A stretch of DNA of 64,000 nt from a virus. The notes under the pieces were generated by a model, which saw only the letters and a list, made by a program, of their open reading frames with translations, did not search any database and was not told the DNA's origin. Positions 45,535-54,322 of the stretch are shown piece by piece. Made by a program: the position numbers and the translations under genes. How positions within the stretch are numbered: the stretch's first letter is position 1; each line of letters opens with the position of its first letter. The stretch is taken from positions 160,001-224,000 of IMG/VR virus record IMGVR_UViG_3300045988_171772; one strand, 5' to 3'.

Positions 45535-46050
45535 TTAGATGACCTGGAAGATGGTTTTATTCCCATCGGTGTCATCCACAATCCGGAGGAAGGATGTGAT
45601 ATCCTCCTCCATCATTTCGAGATCCATCTTGGTCTTGTATCCGTATTCGTAGTCGAGGTAGTATCCATTCTGCTCAGGAGCTTCCTCAGATTCGACATAG
45701 GTACCAGTGACATGGGGAGATTCGACATACTCATGGAGAGAATAATCCACTCCATTGGTAGCAAGATACTCCTCATAGGTGACTTCCTCACCACGGGCGA
45801 TCCGATAATGAGGAACGATGTAGTGATTCCGAATCTTATGGAAGGTGGCATAGACTCCAAACTTCAGATACTTACCAGATTCATTGGATTCGGTAGAGGT
45901 GAAGAGATACCCATAGGGTAATTCGGGAAGTTTTCCACCATTGAGAGACTCTGTACCAAAGACAGAGTTCATCCATTCGGTGATCTTATCCTCTGTCATA
46001 GAGGCAAAAGAAAAGACATCCAGACGAATTTTGTGATCCTGATATTCCAT
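45535..46050 (-). CDS. hypothetical protein (171 aa)
   Basis: AAGGAGG lies 9 nt upstream. Confidence 0.7.
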   Translation of the reverse strand: MEYQDHKIRLDVFSFASMTEDKITEWMNSVFGTESLNGGKLPELPYGYLFTSTESNESGKYLKFGVYATFHKIRNHYIVPHYRIARGEEVTYEEYLATNGVDYSLHEYVESPHVTGTYVESEEAPEQNGYYLDYEYGYKTKMDLEMMEEDITSFLRIVDDTDGNKTIFQVI

Positions 46051-46065
46051 GGTATGATTTCCTCC

Positions 46066-46551
46066 TTACTCTTTATGAGCGATAAGTTTTCCTTCGATTT
46101 CTCGGATTTCCTCGTCATCGCAGACATGATCATGATAATGATTACAGAGGAGCATCCAGATGAGTTCCTTTGTATGTTTATGGATCTCCTCCGGATCATA
46201 TGTATCCAGAAATTTGCTGCAGAGATCCTCGTAGAACTCGATGAAATCATCCTTCTCCTCTTGGCCGTATCCTATAGGAATACAGATGGGACGAACCCTC
46301 TCTTTGGACATAGAATCCATATAGGACATACGAATGACATGATCGATCCTGGGTGTATGATCTTTCTCAATCATAACAACCTCAGAGATAGGATACAGAT
46401 AGCACCGATCTCCATCTACGATCTGTTGAAGTCCAAAAGACCAATTCGAATACCAATAGACAATTTCTTTGATGTCATTCACGATAGAAGTCTTCTCGAA
46501 TACATCAAAGCCTATGATATCCGGATAATGATACTCTCTTTCCATACTCAT
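46066..46551 (-). CDS. hypothetical protein (161 aa)
   Basis: AAAGGGGAAG sits just upstream of the ATG at 46551. The longer track ORF (start 46650) would overlap the small membrane ORF and has no SD. Confidence 0.6.
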   Translation of the reverse strand: MSMEREYHYPDIIGFDVFEKTSIVNDIKEIVYWYSNWSFGLQQIVDGDRCYLYPISEVVMIEKDHTPRIDHVIRMSYMDSMSKERVRPICIPIGYGQEEKDDFIEFYEDLCSKFLDTYDPEEIHKHTKELIWMLLCNHYHDHVCDDEEIREIEGKLIAHKE

Positions 46552-46570
46552 ATCTTCCCCTTTGAATATC

Positions 46571-46702
46571 TTAGAGTAATAATCCTGCGAGATGTGTAAA
46601 CATGATGGCTGATCCTTCCAAGAACTCATATCCAAGATACAGAAATCCAAGAACCATCAAACCAATTACAATTCCAAGAAGTAAATATGCTAAGCGCCTC
46701 AT
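46571..46702 (-). CDS. possible small membrane protein (43 aa)
   Basis: AAAGGAG lies 12 nt upstream of the ATG at 46702. The sequence MRRLAYLLLGIVIGLMVLGFLYLGY is a single hydrophobic helix. Confidence 0.4.
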   Translation of the reverse strand: MRRLAYLLLGIVIGLMVLGFLYLGYEFLEGSAIMFTHLAGLLL

Positions 46703-46727
46703 TCTTATAAAACTCTCCTTTCCATAA

Positions 46728-46782
46728 TAAAAGAAAAATAGGATGGAAGTATCCACTTAGAATAAAGTGGATACTTCCATCC
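46728..46782 (-). terminator. intrinsic terminator
   Basis: 18-bp perfect stem 46741-46758/46765-46782, followed on the minus strand by TATTTTTCTTTT. Confidence 0.8.
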
Positions 46783-46791
46783 ATACTCTTC

Positions 46792-47232
46792 TTAGAAGGA
46801 AGAGTTTGGTGTCGAAATCTTGATGATCTCCCAAAGTTTCTGGGAATTCAACAAGAATTTCTTTTGATAACTGTCTCGCATAGACAGACAGGTGAAGGTC
46901 AGTCCAACCAGATCAGCGTCATTGAGATAGATTGGTGCTTCCGACATCATTCCGATCTTATAGAAAGCCTCTGAATGAGACCTGTATCGATAGGGTTGTA
47001 CAGTCCATCTTCCCATAGAATCCGGGTCATTGTAGATGATAATCGGATCTTGTGAATTACAGACAAAATGGAATCTCTCTACCAAGAATGCAATTGGGAA
47101 ATCCTGAAGACAGATCAGATATCCATATCCCTCTCCAGGGACAGACTGGGAATAGTCAATGAGATCGTATCCATATTGTTTGATATGATTCTTATAGTCT
47201 TCTTGAAGATCCTTTATGACATGGGTATTCAT
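46792..47232 (-). CDS. hypothetical protein (146 aa)
   Basis: The start lies 10 nt after the RNAP-beta gene stop, so the two are likely co-transcribed. Confidence 0.65.
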   Translation of the reverse strand: MNTHVIKDLQEDYKNHIKQYGYDLIDYSQSVPGEGYGYLICLQDFPIAFLVERFHFVCNSQDPIIIYNDPDSMGRWTVQPYRYRSHSEAFYKIGMMSEAPIYLNDADLVGLTFTCLSMRDSYQKKFLLNSQKLWEIIKISTPNSSF

Positions 47233-47241
47233 ATGATGGTC

Positions 47242-49764
47242 TCACTCTTCTTCCGTTACAGATTTCGAGACAGTATCCTCATCTGCCGTTTCATCTCTGG
47301 CCTCCTCCGAAGATTCTTTCAGAGTGTCATCATGCATTTTGGAGGTGATCATAAACATCATCTCCTCGGTGATACTGCCAAGATCAAGTTTCTTTACTTC
47401 CTCTTGTTCGAAGACCCATTTCCAAGCTGCCTTCATCGGAGCTTCCTTGTCCGAGGAGACCACTTCATAGGTATCCATAAACTCATTATAGAGATCAAAG
47501 AGCTTGTCATAAATCGGTTTCCGAGAGAGACGATCCACCACAGTGAATCCATGGGTACGATACTGACGGATCGTATCCCGATAGACATACTCGTATTCTC
47601 CCTCTACATCAAAGTCAAGCTCAATGCCCATACCTTTGAGATAGGCAGCGAGAATGTCCACATTGATATTCGTGAAGTTTTCTTCTACCTTGAGCTTTTG
47701 GATGTCGAAGGGATCTCCCGATGCTTTGAGAATCCGATCCAGGGACTTTCTTGCAATGGGAGAAGAACGAGTGAAGAGGTTGTGCTCTGCAATGGTCAGA
47801 CCCGACACAGCTGCAAAGAGGTTGTGCGTCTCACCAATCTTGATTGGAGACCGAGAATAGGGAGACAGATTGGATTTCTTGTCATTGCTCTTTGCAGGGA
47901 CCTGTTTCTTATCAGTACGACCAGTGGACCGAGCACTGAAATTCTTATTGGAAGTCTGCTTCAGAAGATACATATATTTGCTGCCGATGACAACCGGCCT
48001 CATGATCTTTTTACCTTTGATCCCAAAGAGATCAATGTAAGCATCATAGGGTTTGATATCCGGCCATTCATCATAGATCTTCCGAAGACAGTCATACCGC
48101 ATTTTGGAATCCGGACGTTTGACGATATAGAACCCATTCTCCTCGACATCCTGGATGAATTTCTTCTTTGCTTCTTCATCCACGATCTCAACCTGGATTC
48201 CATCCACATCAAATTTCTGATCCCAACTATTCCACATCTGGAGGAAGAAGTCATGCTGCTCCAGATTGAGGAGTTCGAGGAATCTCAAAATAACCTGCAT
48301 CTTATCCTCGATGTCGGTCATCTTCTTGATCTTCCTCTGAAGTTGTTCTGCGATGAAGTTGATTTCTACTTCATAGAGCTGGTCTGTATTCAGACGACGA
48401 ATCGAACCAGAGGAATTCAGAAGAATGTCGGCGACAACCTTCTCTCCATCCTCGGTTACATAATAGGGCATATCACAGTCATCGACAATCGAGACCTCTT
48501 TGGCATTCTCAGTCATGGTTTCCGGATTGGAATCCTCACTGAGCTGATCCACGATATTGTCAACGATGTGATTGAAAGACTCCGCAGGCTTCATGCCAAA
48601 CTTCTCACCTGCATTGGTGATCTTGGAGATAATACCTTTATCACCATAACGACCTGTGAGTTTGAATCCTTCTTCCAGATCCACCACAGCAATCGTCTTG
48701 AAGATGACAACCAGATTGGCGAAAGCTCTGTCTTTGTCTTTCCATTTGTATTCTTTATCGTTGAAGCGCTGATACTTTGCATTCAGATAGGATACCTGAG
48801 GAGTATAATGAGATCCAGAGGATTCAATCATCCTGCACATCTCAGACACTTGGGCAGCATACTGGCATTCCTGATCATAATACTTCTTGAGCTGCCGATA
48901 GAAGACATTTTCCGGGAAGGGATCGTCTCCATTGTAGCAGACATCAATGTCATAGATCAGAGAATTCTTCGGAGCAAAATATTCGGTATCGGTATCCGAG
49001 ATGGTACGAAGTCTTTTATCCTGGAAGTCAAAGATGGCATGATTCAGATTCACACGGGCTACTGCACATACGGTGGAATTCTTGACATACTCACCCACTT
49101 CCGGGAAGCATTTGTACTCACCAGGAGCACCATATACATTCTTGAGGATGTCGTTCGAGTTGACAGAGACCCGAACCTCATCCACTTCCACAGATTGGAC
49201 ATCCTTGGCCCATCCTCTGCGAAGTTTGATGGCATCTTCGATCGTGGCATTGTCCGTCACATACATGACACGGGCATTTTTGCCAATCCGATACTGCATA
49301 TGCTCATCATAGGAAGTTGATTTATAGAGTACCTCATTCTGGACGGTATCTCCCTCTCGGAGAGAATCCATCTTGGAGGTATTGTAAGCGAATCCAAACT
49401 TTTCGGTCAGATTCTCAGCGATTGCCTTCTCGATCACATCCCAAGTATCGGTCTCTGCATTGTAGAGAAACATGGAATAGACATGTTTGCCTTCATACTT
49501 GGGGATGATCTTCTTAACTTCCCACGTCCCTTCCATCTTCTTATAGGCATGAGAATACTTACCAAAGATATTCTCATAACCAGTCAGAATATGGGGGACA
49601 TCGGGATTCATCATGGTAAGGAACTGCTTCTCATTCGAAGAAAACATGTAGAGACGGGATGAGTCAACGCCTTCGGGAAATCCTAACAAAGTAGGACCGA
49701 AAACTTTCTCCATTTTGTCTCCCCATTCTTCGTCCATTTTACGAAATTCGTCTGTGCCTGCCAT
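47242..49764 (-). CDS. multisubunit RNA polymerase beta subunit, C-terminal half, encoded as a separate gene
   Basis: AAAGGAGG SD. Colinear with bacterial RpoB from the DANRALMG.NMQRQAVP block onward: DSSRLYMFSSNEKQFLTMMNPDVPHILTGYE; GRYGDKGIISKI (cf. GRHGNKGVISKI); LLNSSGSIRRLNTDQ (cf. LNPLGVPSRMNIGQ); YMYLLKQTSNKNFSARSTG (cf. [19 protein letters not shown]); IGETHNLFAAVSGLTIAEHNLF (cf. [22 protein letters not shown]). Confidence 0.85.
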   Translation of the reverse strand: MAGTDEFRKMDEEWGDKMEKVFGPTLLGFPEGVDSSRLYMFSSNEKQFLTMMNPDVPHILTGYENIFGKYSHAYKKMEGTWEVKKIIPKYEGKHVYSMFLYNAETDTWDVIEKAIAENLTEKFGFAYNTSKMDSLREGDTVQNEVLYKSTSYDEHMQYRIGKNARVMYVTDNATIEDAIKLRRGWAKDVQSVEVDEVRVSVNSNDILKNVYGAPGEYKCFPEVGEYVKNSTVCAVARVNLNHAIFDFQDKRLRTISDTDTEYFAPKNSLIYDIDVCYNGDDPFPENVFYRQLKKYYDQECQYAAQVSEMCRMIESSGSHYTPQVSYLNAKYQRFNDKEYKWKDKDRAFANLVVIFKTIAVVDLEEGFKLTGRYGDKGIISKITNAGEKFGMKPAESFNHIVDNIVDQLSEDSNPETMTENAKEVSIVDDCDMPYYVTEDGEKVVADILLNSSGSIRRLNTDQLYEVEINFIAEQLQRKIKKMTDIEDKMQVILRFLELLNLEQHDFFLQMWNSWDQKFDVDGIQVEIVDEEAKKKFIQDVEENGFYIVKRPDSKMRYDCLRKIYDEWPDIKPYDAYIDLFGIKGKKIMRPVVIGSKYMYLLKQTSNKNFSARSTGRTDKKQVPAKSNDKKSNLSPYSRSPIKIGETHNLFAAVSGLTIAEHNLFTRSSPIARKSLDRILKASGDPFDIQKLKVEENFTNINVDILAAYLKGMGIELDFDVEGEYEYVYRDTIRQYRTHGFTVVDRLSRKPIYDKLFDLYNEFMDTYEVVSSDKEAPMKAAWKWVFEQEEVKKLDLGSITEEMMFMITSKMHDDTLKESSEEARDETADEDTVSKSVTEEE

Positions 49765-49807
49765 ATTGGTTTCCTCCTTTGGTTTTCTATGGAAAAGAGA
49801 TTGGTAT

Positions 49808-50377
49808 TTAGATGGTTATCAGTTTCCAGAGACCATACACCAATCCATATTGGCATTTTCTGAAAAAGCTAGATTTCGGCTCCTCTCTTTTTAAGTCGGT
49901 ATATTCTAATTTATCGATAGGATCGAGTCGATCCGATTTCACTCCTAATAATTTCGGGTTGATTTCTTGTAAGTAACGGATATGCGAGAGAAGATTCTGT
50001 CTCATGAGATAATAGGTGGAATACTGTAGAATGAGATTGTCATTCCAACGACACTCAGAGGCTTCCTTTCTACAGACCTTGAGTTTTTCGTTCATTCTCT
50101 CCACCTGTACGTTGAAGAGATTGACATAATATCCCTGTAATAATATACAGAAAGTTTCTGCGGCTCTATCATCTATGTCATACCGAATCTTCCCGTCTCC
50201 TACATGAAAGAAAAGTTCTATCTCATTCCAGAGAAGAAGAGTCCTCTTTAAGAAAGACTTCTCTTCTTCCAAGGAATACGTATCCGAACTGGGTAAATTC
50301 GGGATTTGTAAGGTTTCTACTTCATTCGCTAAAAATTGATCATAGAGTATGGATACAATGATCGAGCCCATAGACAT
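49808..50377 (-). CDS. hypothetical protein (189 aa)
   Basis: ORF upstream of the RNAP-beta gene on the same strand, with a moderate SD. Confidence 0.6.
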   Translation of the reverse strand: MSMGSIIVSILYDQFLANEVETLQIPNLPSSDTYSLEEEKSFLKRTLLLWNEIELFFHVGDGKIRYDIDDRAAETFCILLQGYYVNLFNVQVERMNEKLKVCRKEASECRWNDNLILQYSTYYLMRQNLLSHIRYLQEINPKLLGVKSDRLDPIDKLEYTDLKREEPKSSFFRKCQYGLVYGLWKLITI

Positions 50378-50494
50378 TGTATCACCAACTTCCTTTCCGC
50401 CAGAACGAAATTTATACTTCAGAGTTACTCATCAGCATATAATTGAAAGTTGATGGGAATATCATAATCTACCGGTTCGACCGAGTATACGGGT

Positions 50495-50541
50495 ATAAAA
50501 AGAAAGTCCCCTTACTAGATCTTGATATTTCTAGTAAGGGG
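50495..50541 (-). terminator. intrinsic terminator
   Basis: 12-bp stem CCCCTTACTAGA (50508-50519) / TCTAGTAAGGGG (50530-50541), followed on the minus strand by CTTTCTTTTT. Confidence 0.75.
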
Positions 50542-50546
50542 AAATC

Positions 50547-50708
50547 TTATTTTTCATTTTTCAGATTGCAGGATGACTTGTAGCAAGATCCGTTGTTGGT
50601 ATTGGGACATTTGTTACAGAGAGACACACCTGGTTGGTAATTCCCAGGGATTCTCTCATTCCGGTCACAATACATGCAGGCACAACCATTGCATTTACTT
50701 GCTTCCAT
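50547..50708 (-). CDS. small cysteine-rich protein (53 aa, 9 Cys)
   Basis: The ATG at 50708 lies 4 nt after the TGA of the upstream gene, which suggests translational coupling. Sequence: MEASKCNGCACMYCDRNERIPGNYQPGVSLCNKCPNTNNGSCYKSSC... Confidence 0.5.
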   Translation of the reverse strand: MEASKCNGCACMYCDRNERIPGNYQPGVSLCNKCPNTNNGSCYKSSCNLKNEK

Positions 50709-50712
50709 GATC

Positions 50713-50997
50713 TCAGTATGGACCTCCTTCAACAGTAAAGTCTGCAAGGAGTCCGTTTGGATATTCCTCCGGATGATTGGATCTCCGAATCACTTCACGA
50801 ATGGCTTTCTTCGCTTCTTTCTCAGTTTTGAAGGCACCAATCGTAGAAGAGATATAGGAATGATTTCCAGTATAGGATCCGGGGTAATAGGCAACGACAT
50901 ACCAAACTTTGTATTCCTCGTTATAGGAAAGATTAAAGGTCAGGACGTTGTCAAGATTGACAAACTCCTTGTATTGAGTCTGAATAAACTGCGCCAT
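50713..50997 (-). CDS. hypothetical protein (94 aa)
   Basis: GGAGG lies 10 nt upstream. Confidence 0.6.
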   Translation of the reverse strand: MAQFIQTQYKEFVNLDNVLTFNLSYNEEYKVWYVVAYYPGSYTGNHSYISSTIGAFKTEKEAKKAIREVIRRSNHPEEYPNGLLADFTVEGGPY

Positions 50998-51023
50998 CAG
51001 ATATATGCCTCCAATCTAATCTC

Positions 51024-51272
51024 TTAGTTTTCGACATATTCTTTCCGGAGGTCGAGCAATACCCACTCTTCGTTGACATTGGTGATCCGATCCATGATCT
51101 TCTCCGAAGTATCGTGAGAGACATCATGTTTCAGAATGACTGCGGTCTGAGAAGCTGTGATTCCAGCCATCAGAGTAAACTTGGTGGCTTCATTTTCTAC
51201 ATTCTCAGCGTAGATCATCGAGATCTCACTCAGCTTCAAACGGACTCCATTTTCTGTGATAATCCATCTCAT
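51024..51272 (-). CDS. hypothetical protein (82 aa)
   Basis: AAAGGAG lies 9 nt upstream of the ATG at 51272; the track start at 51296 has no SD. Confidence 0.6.
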   Translation of the reverse strand: MRWIITENGVRLKLSEISMIYAENVENEATKFTLMAGITASQTAVILKHDVSHDTSEKIMDRITNVNEEWVLLDLRKEYVEN

Positions 51273-51635
51273 AGTTGTAATCTCCTTTGAAATCATCTGG
51301 AATCTAAATAAAGTCTAGACTTTATTTATACTCAAGTATTCCAAGAGATTACAACCTATATGCTGCATTGTTAGGGGATCAATCGCAGCATATAGGCCAA
51401 GCAATCTTACGTCATCACATGCATTACCATAAAGGGATTCTGTCATCTAAGAGACTCATAAAGTCACAGGGACTCGTAGGTCCGTCAGGTAGTCGTGCTT
51501 ATATAATTTGGGATCTCCCTATGTCTAAAGGGTGTCACATCGTTCTCCATATTTGGTAAAGGAGAAGATGATCGTATTCACACTTCTAGCCAACTTTTCT
51601 GTCGCCTGAGCTACTTACCTCTCAAGCAAATAACT

Positions 51636-52829
51636 TTATGAATTCATCAGAGATGATAATGAGACATACTCATCAGGATCACGGGAATTCATTTCTTTCG
51701 ATCCCAGAATCATCTTCAGGTATGGAGTCAAACATTTCATCACACCTTCCCGGAAATCCGGTTCGTTGATGAATTTCGCACGGAAATCCTTGCGATTGAA
51801 TTTGAACTCTTCTAGACCCTTGATGACGAGATAAGGGTTACGGCCACCGACCAGATTGCATTGCTCTGCAAACTCGTATAATGTGTAAATCGGATCAAAG
51901 CCGATGTCTTTGTTGAAGCAAGCATTGATCGTGGAACCGATAAAAGAAGTTTTAGTCTTACTTACCTGGATTTGACAGCGGAAGCCCTCAAATCCATTAT
52001 CTTCCATTGTATACATGTTTCCTTTCGTAGCAGTGCAGCGGAAGATATTTTGGGCCAGATAGACAGGGGCGTTTCCCCGAGGAAGGCTCTCCCCAGGCTT
52101 CAACATCATCAACTGAGACGGAGATGCCTGATAGGGATTGATGTCCACCTTTGCTTTGATGTGATTCACCGCAATGATGGAAATATTATAGTGACTCATC
52201 TTATTGAGACACTTGGAATAGAACTGAGAGATCTGACCAGCTTCTCTTCCACCCAACATCTGTCCTTCGAGCACGTCTTCCTTACGCTCTTTGCTGTTGA
52301 AGGTGGCAAGAGAATCCAAGATGAATACCGTAGGGACATACATCTTGGTCGGCTTATCAGGATCCACCCAGTATTCTTGAGGGATCTCATACATGGCAGA
52401 ATCTCCAGCTGCCTCTTTTGCATCACAGATGGTATCGAGAATATCGAGGACATCCTCAATACTCACACGATCCTTCTGGAGAATGATGCGAGGATCATCT
52501 GGTTTTGCACCAGTGATCTGGAGAATTCTTGCTTTCATGGCAGTCTTCTCAATATCGAAATGGATCATAATCCCATCCTCAAAGGGTGAGATAATACTCC
52601 AGGCGATTTGATCTGCCAAGGTAGTTTTACCAGATCCAGACAATCCAATGATGGTGGTAAAAGTACCTCCCAGAATTCCAGTGACAGGAACCATCCGGCC
52701 ATCTCCCATAGGGGCCATGTAGCCGTTGGCAAAGTCCAAGGGAATCAGTGAGGTACTGTAAGGTACAAAGGAGTCATTGGATGTGAAGTATTTGTTTTTG
52801 TCTTTCTTACGGAGTTCTTCAATAAGCAT
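51636..52829 (-). CDS. RecA-family recombinase, UvsX-like
   Basis: AGGAGG SD. Walker A is GLSGSGKTT (nt 52620-52646). FILDSLATFNSKERKEDVLEGQMLGGREAGQISQFYSKCLNKMSHYNISIIAVNH runs colinear with T4 UvsX FIDSLGNLASKKETEDALNEKVVSDMTRAKTMKSLFRIVTPYFSTKNIPCIAINH, and the C-terminal FNKDIGFDPIYTLYEFAEQCNLV with FDGGIDPYSGLLDMALELGFV (from memory). Confidence 0.85.
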   Translation of the reverse strand: MLIEELRKKDKNKYFTSNDSFVPYSTSLIPLDFANGYMAPMGDGRMVPVTGILGGTFTTIIGLSGSGKTTLADQIAWSIISPFEDGIMIHFDIEKTAMKARILQITGAKPDDPRIILQKDRVSIEDVLDILDTICDAKEAAGDSAMYEIPQEYWVDPDKPTKMYVPTVFILDSLATFNSKERKEDVLEGQMLGGREAGQISQFYSKCLNKMSHYNISIIAVNHIKAKVDINPYQASPSQLMMLKPGESLPRGNAPVYLAQNIFRCTATKGNMYTMEDNGFEGFRCQIQVSKTKTSFIGSTINACFNKDIGFDPIYTLYEFAEQCNLVGGRNPYLVIKGLEEFKFNRKDFRAKFINEPDFREGVMKCLTPYLKMILGSKEMNSRDPDEYVSLSSLMNS

Positions 52830-52882
52830 ATTCTATTACCTCCTATCAAGGCTATGATATATAGGTTTAAAATGCTTACTGA

Positions 52883-53248
52883 TTATTTCATATAAGAGGC
52901 ATTGACAAAAATCTCCACATTGGGATCGTGGTAGCGGACTGTCTGAGCAGTCGTGACGTTATTTTTAAGTCCTACCAGTCCGAAAAGATTAACAACGAGC
53001 TTCGATGCAATCTCAGGGAAGCTATGAGGACCATCATGATCGACCATGTAATAGATCCGATCATTAAACATCAATAGGACAGGACCAGACTTACCAACCT
53101 CCCTGGATGCAGGAGACTGGGCAAAGTCAATCATCGATCCAGAGGAAGAGAAGTAATAGACTTCCAACTGGATGGTATTCTTATTGGTATTGACGGAATT
53201 GACCGGAGTCTCAGAGTTCTTCTGCTCCAAATTGACGATTTCACTCAT
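52883..53248 (-). CDS. hypothetical protein (121 aa)
   Basis: GTGAGG lies 9 nt upstream of the ATG at 53248. Confidence 0.6.
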   Translation of the reverse strand: MSEIVNLEQKNSETPVNSVNTNKNTIQLEVYYFSSSGSMIDFAQSPASREVGKSGPVLLMFNDRIYYMVDHDGPHSFPEIASKLVVNLFGLVGLKNNVTTAQTVRYHDPNVEIFVNASYMK

Positions 53249-53305
53249 AATATAAAACCTCACTTTCATAATGAGAGAAAAGATTACTCATAGGTTTTTC
53301 GATGA

Positions 53306-53364
53306 CTAAAAAGATGGATGAACCAGTCTCTATCGATCTATACAGAGATTGATTCATCCATCTT
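53306..53364 (-). terminator. intrinsic terminator
   Basis: Roughly 20-bp imperfect stem 53311-53331/53344-53364, followed on the minus strand by TTTTT. Confidence 0.7.
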
Positions 53365-53384
53365 ATCAGATAAAAAGAATGGGC

Positions 53385-54224
53385 TTACTTCCGCTTGGTA
53401 TTGTTGAAGCGGCCTGTTCCACGACGATTGTTGTTGCCCTGACGATCGGTACGAGGAGCACCTTCATACTTGCGATCCTCATATCGACGATAGGGACGGT
53501 CAGAATCCTTGTTGAATTCCTTCTTGGGCTTGTCGAAACGCAGGCAATCCTTATCGGGGAACTGATACAGATTGAAGGGATGCTTGATACGCTCAGGCTC
53601 ACCTTCGATCACACGGGGTTCCTCCGGCTTCATGGTGAATTCACCATTCTCATACACAACGGTACGATCGACATAGACGGTCTTACCGGTGGGGAAGCGC
53701 TCCGGATTCGAAGTACCCTTCTTGCGAGTACGCTCCGGATAGAAGTAGTGAATGGTGAAGGAAGCATCTCCATCGGCAGGGAGTTTGTCCTTGTCGACCA
53801 TGACGGCCAGCCACAGCATCTTGCTGTAATTGGCATCGCCAACCTTGATGGTATACTTGGTGGAGATCACGATGCGATTCTTCAGAATCCGGATCCACTC
53901 AGGCATGTCATTCTGATCCAGATAACCACGGAAGGGAATCGCAAGCATGAACAGATCTTCGTCATCTCCAATGTTCCGATCGCCGGACGAAACACGGAAT
54001 GTCTTGGCACCAGTTTTGGTCAGAATGCCACGAATGTTGAGCTTACGGTCACTTTCGTTTTCGCAGGAGAATTCACGCACCTTCAAGAAAGGCTTTTCAG
54101 GACGGGGATGTTCCTCGTCATACTCGATAAAGTCGGGAGGAGTGAAGCACCGATCGGTATAGTTGGTAGCAGGATCAGAGATCAGTTCTTCTTTGAAAAG
54201 TTCTTGATTAAGATATTTCAGCAT
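53385..54224 (-). CDS. hypothetical protein with Arg/Asn/Gly-rich basic C-terminal tail (279 aa); candidate abundant nucleic-acid-binding protein
   Basis: GGAAGGG lies 7 nt upstream of the ATG at 54224. The gene is monocistronic between terminators 54323-54372 and 53306-53364 and is markedly G+C-elevated (4 overlapping artefact ORFs in the track). The tail is ...RPYRRYEDRKYEGAPRTDRQGNNNRRGTGRFNNTKRK. Confidence 0.65.
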   Translation of the reverse strand: MLKYLNQELFKEELISDPATNYTDRCFTPPDFIEYDEEHPRPEKPFLKVREFSCENESDRKLNIRGILTKTGAKTFRVSSGDRNIGDDEDLFMLAIPFRGYLDQNDMPEWIRILKNRIVISTKYTIKVGDANYSKMLWLAVMVDKDKLPADGDASFTIHYFYPERTRKKGTSNPERFPTGKTVYVDRTVVYENGEFTMKPEEPRVIEGEPERIKHPFNLYQFPDKDCLRFDKPKKEFNKDSDRPYRRYEDRKYEGAPRTDRQGNNNRRGTGRFNNTKRK

Positions 54225-54322
54225 AATGATACCCTTCCGTAAAATAGAATTTTGAATGTGTGAAAATAGACGGCGGCGATTGCCTCTCAGAGGCATTAAC
54301 ATAACGTATAGAATTTATTAAA

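Noticed and set aside
47068-49320. 750-aa plus-strand ORF. Similar long antisense ORFs occur at 7872..9257, 17730..19016, 29564..30652, 32350..33621, 53349..54242, 55260..56258 and 62993..63823.
   Set aside because: Each lies antisense to a gene with recognisable family motifs or a strong SD. Their translations are low-complexity and I/L/R/H/S-rich, they have no SD, and several span terminators. They are shadow ORFs.
50427-50441. CUGAUGAG on the minus strand, the core sequence of hammerhead ribozymes.
   Set aside because: No stem II hairpin followed by GAAA exists, and no stem I/III partners could be drawn. This is an isolated heptamer.
51560-51630. tRNA-like segment on the minus strand (GGTAAGTAGCTCAGGCGACAG...CTCCTTTACC).
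   Set aside because: The acceptor pairing is only 6 bp with a mismatch. There is no D-stem partner and no T-loop (a 15-nt loop instead of TTCRANY), and the anticodon stem does not form.
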